A stretch of DNA of 64,000 nucleotides from Pelagomonas calceolata. Its lineage: Eukaryota. The notes below the pieces were generated by a model, which saw only the letters and a list, made by a program, of their open reading frames with translations, had not been told where the DNA came from and did not search any database. Every line of letters begins with the position of its first letter. The stretch's first letter is position 1. The stretch spans positions 3,348,001-3,412,000 of the forward strand of contig CAKKNE010000005.1 in the NCBI GenBank assembly GCA_918797485.1, in the 5' to 3' direction. Shown here in pieces: positions 56,314-64,000 of the stretch. The translations under genes and the position numbers were made by a program.

Positions 56314-57186
56314 ATGGCCGAGGAGGAGGCTGCCCCCGACGCCGCCGACGCCGCGACGGTCGAAGAAACGCCGCCCCCGCCCCCCGAAAAGATGATGAAG
56401 GCCATGCTCAGTAAGCACGGCACCTTCGCCTACCATTCGCGGGTGAACCCTAGGCCCGTCGATTGGTGGGGTAAACCGGAAGACCCTTCATACTCGTTAC
56501 TGCGGGACTGCTTTAGAGGAAGGGCCAACCTCGTGACGCGTTATAAAACGGAGACCTTCGTGCCTAACATAGGCTCACCACCGGTAACAAAGGAGGTCCC
56601 CTACACGGCGCTCGTCGCGCAGTGTTTGAGTCACAAGCAAATAGTAGACGCGCCTAGACTGTATGCCGCCGCTTGCGACGAGGACACGGGCATCAAGTGC
56701 ATCCATGCGTGCTGCTTCAATGGCTACTCGGACACGCTGAAAGTTTTGCTCGAGGCGGGCGGCAATGATGCCAGAGATACAACTTCAGATGGTATCGATT
56801 GCTGGTTCATCGCGCGAGGGAGGGGCAACGATCAATGCTTAATAGTTTTAGATGGAGCGGAAGCCGCGCGCGTCGCGAAGGAAGCGGCACTGGCCAAAGC
56901 CCCGGACGAGCTCGCGAGGGAACGGAGGAAACGAAGGGAGGCCGAGATGAGAAGAAGGAAGATGGCCGCGCAGCAGAAGGCCGAAGAGGCGCGGCGCGAG
57001 ATGCTCCAGGCGGAAGCTGAAAAACTGAGGAAGCGCCGCGAGGAGGAAAAGGCCTGGAAGCGGCTCGGGGTCATTCCGACGCGGCGCGTGACCTGGAAGG
57101 GCCTCGTGGTGGACGTCGACGGGACGCGGGGGATTGGGTATTACCCGAAGATTTTGCGGGACCTGCCGAAGGCGCCGCCGAAGTAA
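56314..57186 (+). CDS. ankyrin-repeat + coiled-coil protein
   Basis: IHACCFNGYSDTLKVLLEAG and IARGRGNDQCL..L repeats, followed by a charged coiled coil. Confidence 0.75.
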   Translation: MAEEEAAPDAADAATVEETPPPPPEKMMKAMLSKHGTFAYHSRVNPRPVDWWGKPEDPSYSLLRDCFRGRANLVTRYKTETFVPNIGSPPVTKEVPYTALVAQCLSHKQIVDAPRLYAAACDEDTGIKCIHACCFNGYSDTLKVLLEAGGNDARDTTSDGIDCWFIARGRGNDQCLIVLDGAEAARVAKEAALAKAPDELARERRKRREAEMRRRKMAAQQKAEEARREMLQAEAEKLRKRREEEKAWKRLGVIPTRRVTWKGLVVDVDGTRGIGYYPKILRDLPKAPPK

Positions 57187-57289
57187 GCTGTGTTTTGTTG
57201 ATTGGTGTTCGTCTATTCAAGAGCCGTCGGATGGGCGTCTCGGGGCGTGGATAGGCGGCGTTTCGTTCGTTTCCCGCCCGCTGCTCGTG

Positions 57290-57314
57290 GGCTAGTGCCT
57301 TACAGGCCGCTAGC
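57290..57314 (+). promoter_or_regulatory. copy of 25-bp upstream motif
   Basis: GGCTAGTGCCTTACAGGCCGCTAGC, 2 mismatches. Confidence 0.6.
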
Positions 57315-57352
57315 TCCTGTTCTTAGTTGAAAAGCTTGGGATATAGCACACC

Positions 57353-57813
57353 ATGCGTCTCGCGCGCAGCCAGCGTAGTCCTTGTTCGCACCTTCATGAT
57401 GTGCCGGGGCCAGCTCCAGCAAAAACGCCCGTCCAGTACGCTCCCGCTGCGGTGAAAAAAGCAAGCTCGGTGAAGTCCGGCTGTTTAGCCCGGTTGCGGG
57501 GCCGCTTCCGCCCCCCACGCCGTCAACGCGACGACTATGACCCACACACCCCGCGCCCCACATTTTGGAACGGCTTTCCGCCCCCCGGCCGTCGACGCGA
57601 AACCGCCCGCAGGCGAATTTCATAGGAGCCCTGCTCCTGGCGGCGGCCTACGGCTTCCTGAACCAGCCGGCGCCGCCGCAGCCCGTGCTCCGCGAGGCCA
57701 CCATCGTTAACGCCGAGGAGGCGACGTTCTTCGACGTCGGCCTCGACGACGCGTCCATCCCCTTCGACGACGGCATCACGGCCGCGCGCAAGTGCGGCTT
57801 TTGTATGGGCTGA
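57353..57813 (+). CDS. small TM protein ending in CxxC (RKCGFCMG); 5' exon uncertain, last exon from 57613
   Basis: GC3-biased exon after CCCGCAG: ANFIGALLLAAAYGFL...AARKCGFCMG*. Confidence 0.5.
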
Positions 57814-58191
57814 GCCGGAGACACCAACTGCCCGGTTGGTGGCCTCTAGATCGGACCCGAGCTTTGCGGCCCCGACCACGCCCACATGACCCCCGCCGCG
57901 CCAAAGCCGGCGCGCCGGGGCGAGCCGCGTCGTCGACACGCGGGGCCGCGCCCTCTCGAACAAGTTCCCGTCCCCTATTCCCCAACCGGCCGCGCCGTTC
58001 TCGGCGCGCTCTTTGGCGTGCTCGCCCACGTGCCGGCCCATCCCCTCTCTCTACTACCGCCGCCGCCTACCCGCCGCGCGCGCCGGGGCTCCCTCAAAAG
58101 ACATAAGGTCGAGCCTCGAAATTTGCTTGTCCTGTTTCACACACCGCACGCGCCGCCGATATGACTTAGACTTGGGGTCGGGAGCGCGGCT

Positions 58192-58679
58192 CTAGGCGCC
58201 GCCCATCGCGAACGTGTTTTTCGCGACAGCGATCTCCTTGACGATCTCGCAGATCTCGGGCTTGAGGCTCGCTCCGCCAACTAAGAAGCCGTCGATGTCC
58301 GGGTAGTTCGAGAGCTCGGGGGCGTTCTCGGCCGTCGCGGAGCCGCCGTACTGGATGCGGATCTCCTGCGCGGTCTTCTCGTCGACGTACTCCTCGATCC
58401 AGTCGCGGATGCCCTTGTCTGCGATGGGACACACAGTAAGAGTGGCTGCTGGTATACATATGGGACGCGGTCGCGCCACGGGTCTCTTGCGCCTGCTCGG
58501 CCGTCGCCGCGACGCCCGTGCCGATGGCCCAGACGGGCTCGTACGCGATGACGATGGACGAGCTCGGGCAACGACGCGGCCGTCGCGGGATTGCATTTCC
58601 AGTTGCCGCCGACTATCGGTCGCCGCGTCGAGTAATGACGCGACGTCGGTCTGAGTCCTCTCGCGACGCGACTGAGCAT
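58192..58679 (-). pseudogene. TPI: triosephosphate isomerase with mitochondrial-type presequence, internally deleted and frameshifted; intron 58419-58479
   Basis: [12 protein letters not shown] is joined out of frame to [14 protein letters not shown]...AQETH..IR.W...RIQYGGS...[15 protein letters not shown]. Confidence 0.85.
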
Positions 58680-58941
58680 AGTTTATGTGCTGCAAAAAAA
58701 GCCTGGTCTGCCTCAGTTTTGTTAAAGCTCTCGGAGGAGGCAGAAAGATCGATCGCGCTACACCACGCGCAGAATCGTACTTGTAGCGTCGCGTTTGGAC
58801 CAGCCTGAGACCCGGTGGGCAACTCGCGCCCGCGCTGGCAATCGAGGCTGGGGGCAAAACGGGTTTTCCACGTACTTGTCGCTACGCCGCCGCGCCATCG
58901 CCGCGAAGGGATTCATCACGCCGCGAAAAACTCTATGCTTC

Positions 58942-60428
58942 TTACGCGAGCGCGTCCCGCAGCCAGTTCAAAGCCCCGCGGAGGCACCGCGCCGCCGGGT
59001 AGGACATGTCCCGCGGCACGCCGACCCTATCCCTGACATAAGCCAGCGACGCTCGAATATCATTCCTCATGGACTCGTCCAAGGCTTTCAGGGACGACAC
59101 GTCAACAGACGTGTCGCAGTCCCCGACGAGGCACGCGCCGATGACTAATAAAGCCTCTTGTACCTTCTCCAGCACGACGCCCTCGGCCGGCTTCGCGTAG
59201 GGGTCGGCTAGTCGAGCCCGGTCCGGCCGCATGAAGCTCCAGCCGCCCTCCTTTCCCGCGCCTCTCGCCGCGAAGCGGGCTACATTCTCGAGGTTCTCCA
59301 ACACATGATACGCGGCCTCGTAGGGCGCGTCCTGTTCAAAAGCGCCCCAGCCCGGCTGCAACTTGTCGGAGGGGGCGTCCGACGACGATAAGGGCGGGAG
59401 TGGCAAACGCCACGCGGCGTCGCCGCCGTCCAAGGCCCGTCGAATAGTCTGCTGCTCCTTCGAGCCGTCGTCGACGCCTGCGCGGGACGACGCCGTCGCG
59501 ATAGACTCTCCGACGGCCACGTCGATGGCGTCGATCGAGGCGACGTGGTCTCAGGAAGACGCCATCGACGCGGAGTCCTGCCGTTGCCGTACTGGGGCGG
59601 GATGTCGTTCGCGTGCGTGTACCAGTCGCTCCTCGACGCCGAGTACGAGGGCCTTTGCTCGAAGGCCTCGAACCAAGCATCGATGTGCTTCCACCGCCCA
59701 CCCCGCAACGTGTCGCCCTTCCAGTAGGCCACGGACGCGGCCATCCGCTCCACATGGCTGACATATTGGAGGTCCACGATGCCCGGGCCCTCGCTCTCGA
59801 GGAACCACGGGCCACTCGTCTTCGCGAGGGCTCCGTCGACCTCGTCGAGGCACGACTCGAACTGTCTTTTAGAACCCCAGCCCCCGCGAAACACGTAGTC
59901 GCACCATACTCTAAATAACTTCCGTTCGAGCTGGAGCAACGCTCTAGCTCGTTGGAACTCGTCCGAGTCGCGCGGTGGTAACGTAGGAACCTCCGGAAAC
60001 GTGTCGTCCAACATGGCCATGATGTCCAGGGACTCGGTCCACATCTGGCCGTCGAGCTCCAATGCCGGTAAGAAGCCACCGGGCACCTTGCTTGTGAAGG
60101 ACTGGGGCTTCTCCCCATAACTCCTCATATTGATGAGCTGCACGTCGTAATTAATCTGCTTCTCTTCCAACAACATCCAGAGCTTCTGGCAGTAGGGGCA
60201 CCAGGCCGCGCTGTCGCGGTAGAACGTGACCCGTGTCGGCTTTTGCTCGTCAAAAATACGTTTCAACGACGCGCGGTGCGGCGAGCCCTTCCCTTCGGCT
60301 CGCAGCGCGAATTCCTGGGAGATGCTCGCGCCGGCGGGTGTGGCCTTGAGCTTGTCCAGCAGTTGCGCGCGCTGGGCGCTGAGGCTCGCCGCCATCCCTA
60401 GCTGCACCGCGGTGACGAGTCGGCGCAT
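58942..60428 (-). CDS. glutathione S-transferase (CPYC type, omega/lambda/DHAR-like); GC-AG intron 59478-59581
   Basis: YRDSAAWCPYCQKLW, INMRSYG.KP, LPALELDG..TES, DIPPQYG and RDRVGVPRDMSYPAAR motifs. Confidence 0.88.
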
Positions 60429-60712
60429 CGACGACTTAGCAGTGACACTTGTTCCGGCCCGCCGTGCGCTACGGCAGCGTTGTGGCGGCCACGTATTGGC
60501 TGCACCGGCCACGTCTAGGCGCGGCGGTGGCGACAGCACGGCCACGTGCACTGCCACTGCAAAGCTTGCAGCTCGCCTCACAGGTCTGCAAGCTGCAGTT
60601 CCGCTGCGGCCACGCTATACGCAGTCGCAGGAATACTGGAGCCGTCTCTACGAGAGCTGTGAGGCTTCGTAGGGCCGCTCCGCGAGTGCTTACGACACGG
60701 AGAGCAAGCAGA

Positions 60713-60737
60713 GCTAGCGGCCTGTAAGACACTAGCA
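60713..60737 (-). promoter_or_regulatory. perfect copy of 25-bp upstream motif
   Basis: Plus strand GCTAGCGGCCTGTAAGACACTAGCA. Confidence 0.7.
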
Positions 60738-60738
60738 A

Positions 60739-60915
60739 CGGGGAACCCTGCGACGTAACTAGCCTGAGCCTGAGCGTAATTAGCCTGAGACTGAGCGCTA
60801 GTCCTAGCACCGTAACAATTAAAACTGAGCCTGAGCGGGGAACGGGAGGGGTACGGGGGACCCCGCGACGTAACTAGCCTGAGCCTAAAAGCAAACGACA
60901 CGCTGCCTAGCACCG
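60739..60915. repeat. imperfect tandem duplication with (C)CTGAG microrepeats
   Basis: GCGACGTAACTAGCCTGAGCCT occurs twice about 116 bp apart, and CCTAGCACCG occurs twice. Confidence 0.75.
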
Positions 60916-61006
60916 CTCAGCTGAGGATTTCTGTTGATAATCTAGTGTCATTTTAGTAAGCTAGGAAATATAGGAAATAGGAAAAAAGTCGACGGAAGGG
61001 GGCGGC

Positions 61007-62944
61007 TCAGATGAGCGCCGTCTGGGTCTGGCAGCGGTCGCCCATGTAGCCCTCGAAGCACTCGCACTCGCCGGACGAGTAGTCGCACTTGCCGCGGCGG
61101 CCGCACTCGAACGAGTTGTAGTCGGCCTGGACCGTCTCCTTGACGCTCGAGAGGATGTCCGGGTGCGCGCTTAGTTGAGGGGCGCTGCTGCCCAGGAGAT
61201 ATACTTTTGTCCCGTCGGCGATTGTCGCCGCGGTCGTTCCGACTTGACCGCGGAGTACAGTAAGATCGTTAGTAGAGACGCCGGTCACCTTTAGGACCTC
61301 GCTGCCGATTAGGATGTAATCGTTGGCAGCCGCACCAAGACCGCCAGTGTTCGGATCCACCGCAATAGTTGTATCACTAGCAGTATAGCCAGCACCGTTA
61401 TCGACTTCTGACTCGGCCAAGAGATATACTTTCGCCCCATCGGCGTGCGCAACAGCCGTCGTGCCGTCTTGAGCGCGGATTACTGTCAATTTGTTAGTAG
61501 CAACGTTAGTCACTACCATAACCTCGCTGCCGATCCGGATGTAAGAATTAACAACCGCACCAAGACCGCCAGTGTTCAAAGTCACGTCAATATCTGTATC
61601 ACTAACAGCACCCCCATTAGTAGCAGCATTACCGGTAGCAATAGTCGTCTCAGTCGGTGGAGGTGCCTTGAAGTATTCCGCCGCCGTCGAGGCCACCAAG
61701 GCGGACTTGAGCTGGACCGGGTCCGACAGCTGGGGCGTGCAGCCGGAGCCGCACTTGTCGGCCTCGACCTCCAGGAGGTACTGGGGGCCCGCGACGGACG
61801 ACCCGGTGAACTCGACCTCGCACTTCACGGACGGGTAGTACGTGCTGACGCCCGCGGCCCATTCGTAGGTGCAGGTCACGTCGCAGTCATCGATGACGTA
61901 GTTCGGGAGCTCGTGCAGAGCCGTCTTCACGGCCAGCGACGTCGTCAACGGCGCGGTGGCGCGGCCGGCGGCCACGAATAAATCGGCTTCCACCTGTTGG
62001 TACGCGAGACCAGTGAATGGGCTCGTGGCTCCGGTGTCAACCAGGTACTGAACGCCAGCTCCGATGGCAAGAAGATCATCCCTTGTCGCCGCGGATATCG
62101 CTCCGAGGTCATACAGCCCCTGCACGGCGGCCGTCGCGATCGACGTGACGATGATGGGCTTCGTCGTGTAGGACTGGTTGAGCTTCGACGTGAAGGTGAG
62201 GGCGAACGACTTGTCGAAGAGGTCGGCGAAGCACGCGTCGGTGATGGTCTCGTCGCTAGCTGCGCCGCACTGCGTCGCGCCGTCCTTCGCGATGCCGTCG
62301 CCGAGCGCGCCGGCGCCGATGAGCGTCACGGTCTGCGTCTGGTTCTTGCGCGCCTGGTCCAGGTTGTTGCGCTCGTCCATGACGTCGTTGCCCTGGGGGC
62401 ACATGCGGCGCGAGCAGTCGATGTCCGTGTAGCCCGGCTCGCAGACGCACATGCGCACCTTGCCCGAGTCCCAGTTGGGCATCTGGGGGACCTTGGCGGC
62501 GCCGACGCCGATGCCATTGGCAACTATGTTGCCGTTGGCATCGGGGACGCCGGCGTAGTCGCCGTAGACGGTGCCGAAGGTCACGTCCTCGGCGTAGACG
62601 CACTTGCCGTGGCCCGAGCAGTCGTTCGGGCAGGTCTGGAGGCCGCAGCCGCGGCCCGCGTAGCCCTCGAAGCACTCGCAGTCGCCCGAGCCGCGGTCGC
62701 AGACGCCGACGCCGGCGCACTCGGCGTACGTGTGGATGTTGCCCGTCTTGTCGGGGCCGGCCGACCAGGCGACCTGGTAGGGGCAGCGGCGGTCCGAGCA
62801 GTCGCCGCCGTCCTGGTCGCCCATGACCCAGTCCTGGTAGCACGTGCACGTGTCGTCGGCGCCGCACGTGCCGTGGCCGCTGCACGAGTTCGGGCAGGCG
62901 GCGTGCGCCGTGGTGGCCGCGAGGGCGAGGAGGGCGAGCTTCAT
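61007..62944 (-). CDS. tubular mastigoneme (Ocm1/Sig-type) EGF-like protein
   Basis: Signal peptide, CPNSCSGHGTC, GDCSDRRCP..AW, H.YAEC.G.G.CDR, CPNDCSGHG, CSRRMCP.GND and terminal ECGRRGKCDY..G.C.CFEGY.G. Confidence 0.85.
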   Translation of the reverse strand: MKLALLALAATTAHAACPNSCSGHGTCGADDTCTCYQDWVMGDQDGGDCSDRRCPYQVAWSAGPDKTGNIHTYAECAGVGVCDRGSGDCECFEGYAGRGCGLQTCPNDCSGHGKCVYAEDVTFGTVYGDYAGVPDANGNIVANGIGVGAAKVPQMPNWDSGKVRMCVCEPGYTDIDCSRRMCPQGNDVMDERNNLDQARKNQTQTVTLIGAGALGDGIAKDGATQCGAASDETITDACFADLFDKSFALTFTSKLNQSYTTKPIIVTSIATAAVQGLYDLGAISAATRDDLLAIGAGVQYLVDTGATSPFTGLAYQQVEADLFVAAGRATAPLTTSLAVKTALHELPNYVIDDCDVTCTYEWAAGVSTYYPSVKCEVEFTGSSVAGPQYLLEVEADKCGSGCTPQLSDPVQLKSALVASTAAEYFKAPPPTETTIATGNAATNGGAVSDTDIDVTLNTGGLGAVVNSYIRIGSEVMVVTNVATNKLTVIRAQDGTTAVAHADGAKVYLLAESEVDNGAGYTASDTTIAVDPNTGGLGAAANDYILIGSEVLKVTGVSTNDLTVLRGQVGTTAATIADGTKVYLLGSSAPQLSAHPDILSSVKETVQADYNSFECGRRGKCDYSSGECECFEGYMGDRCQTQTALI

Positions 62945-63259
62945 GAGTGGCGGGTTCGCGGGGCGGCGTCGATGCCAGAGAAGAGGGGCTGCCCCCAGAT
63001 TGCTTTTCTTTTATTGCTCCCACTCCCCGCAGCGCGTGGAGATGGGACAGTTGCGCGTGTGGCGGGGTCGTGGGACGCGGCGAGGCGTTCGCTGGTTTTT
63101 TTGGGAGGCGGGTGGCGGAGAGGCTGATACGATCTGGGCGCAGCGGCACTCCAAAAGTAAAGTATCGGGGAGTGAGAGGTGAACTCATGAGAGAGCCCCG
63201 GAACGCATTTGAATTACTACGTATGCACAACATAGAAACTTATTCACCACAAAAAACAA

Positions 63260-64000
63260 CTACAACCCGCGACACGCGCGCGGCTCCGGCGTCGCCCCGC
63301 CGTTCGCGAGGACCTCGAAGCCTCGAGCCTCAGCAAGAGCAATCGCCGCCGCGTGGGGCGGCTTTTCGTTATACGAAGCGTCCTTGACGGCGAACACGAC
63401 GTCCAGCAGGTCGGGCACGAGCTTCAGGACGACGTCGCGCACGGCCTTCGTATTTGTGGGCAGGCCGCAGCCGCTCTGCACTTCCGAGAGGTACACATTC
63501 AGGTTGGCGTCGATCATGACGTCCAAACCCAGCAAAATAAACGCGTCGTGCGTCTCGCGCGGCTCGAGCAGATGCTTTTCGGTACTTTCGTAGGCCCGCC
63601 AGACGTCTTGGATCGTCTTGCGGATGTGGCAGTCGACGTAGGCCGCGGGGTCAGCGGGCCATCCTTCTCGTTTCTCCGACGAAAGTTGGTCCCACAGCTC
63701 TTGCATCGATCTTCGCGTCGATTCGTCATGGGAACTATGGCCGCCCTGCTGCTGCGCCGCATTTGTTAGGTGAGTGCCCTTGCCTCCACCCGTGAAGTTC
63801 GACGCCGACACCCGCAAAGTACCGCCTCCGTAAAGGACGAGCTCCGGTCGAAACGACGCGACGACCCAGTAGACCCGCAGATCAAACTTCCTGCCATCAG
63901 GGGTCAGTAGCAAATCAGACACGTATCTTTGAGCTAATCTATCTTTCATTGATCTTTTCACAGAAGTACCATCTAACACATCCCTAGCGTTCTGCACTAA
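63260..64000 (-). CDS. tubulin-tyrosine ligase-like (TTL) protein, 3' part
   Basis: QRYV, GRKFDLRVY, HLTN and GLDVMID..L.VYLSEV motifs. Confidence 0.85.
   Translation of the reverse strand, partial: LVQNARDVLDGTSVKRSMKDRLAQRYVSDLLLTPDGRKFDLRVYWVVASFRPELVLYGGGTLRVSASNFTGGGKGTHLTNAAQQQGGHSSHDESTRRSMQELWDQLSSEKREGWPADPAAYVDCHIRKTIQDVWRAYESTEKHLLEPRETHDAFILLGLDVMIDANLNVYLSEVQSGCGLPTNTKAVRDVVLKLVPDLLDVVFAVKDASYNEKPPHAAAIALAEARGFEVLANGGATPEPRACRGL

Noticed and set aside
4676..60737. 25-bp repeat as a CRISPR repeat
   Set aside because: Copies are kilobases apart and on both strands, with no regular spacers or cas genes.
1..64000. Numerous long antisense and overlapping ORFs in the track
   Set aside because: Expected shadows of high-GC3 coding sequence with few stop codons; no independent motifs.

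Overview
Gene-dense, GC-rich eukaryotic nuclear DNA from a photosynthetic stramenopile. A pelagophyte such as Pelagomonas or Aureococcus is the likely source, inferred from the Lhc/FCP gene, the mastigoneme gene, bipartite plastid-targeting peptides, GC-AG introns and introner-type introns. About 35 protein genes are supported, including DXS, RPE, EMC4, an importin-5-like protein, a Rad5/16-like SNF2 helicase, a SpoU methylase, a GST and a TTL. No rRNA, tRNA or CRISPR array was found. Main points: (1) A 7.5-kb element (39502-47017) has perfect 59-bp terminal inverted repeats with CT...AG ends. It carries two divergent intron-containing genes: a hAT-like transposase with a C-terminal BED-like finger, and a partner resembling the hAT N-terminal half. 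Its left end sits as an AG acceptor directly in front of a headless host exon, as the small introners do. (2) At least five introner introns have TIRs; four show recognisable 8-bp target duplications. (3) A 25-bp orientation-biased motif occurs nine times, always upstream of genes. (4) A synonymously diverged duplicate of the SNF2 3' end brackets an orphan gene. (5) A low-GC, phage-like tandem domain is inserted in the mastigoneme gene. (6) There is an internally deleted mitochondrial-type TPI and a peroxiredoxin lacking its catalytic Cys. All calls are by eye; no database searches were run.
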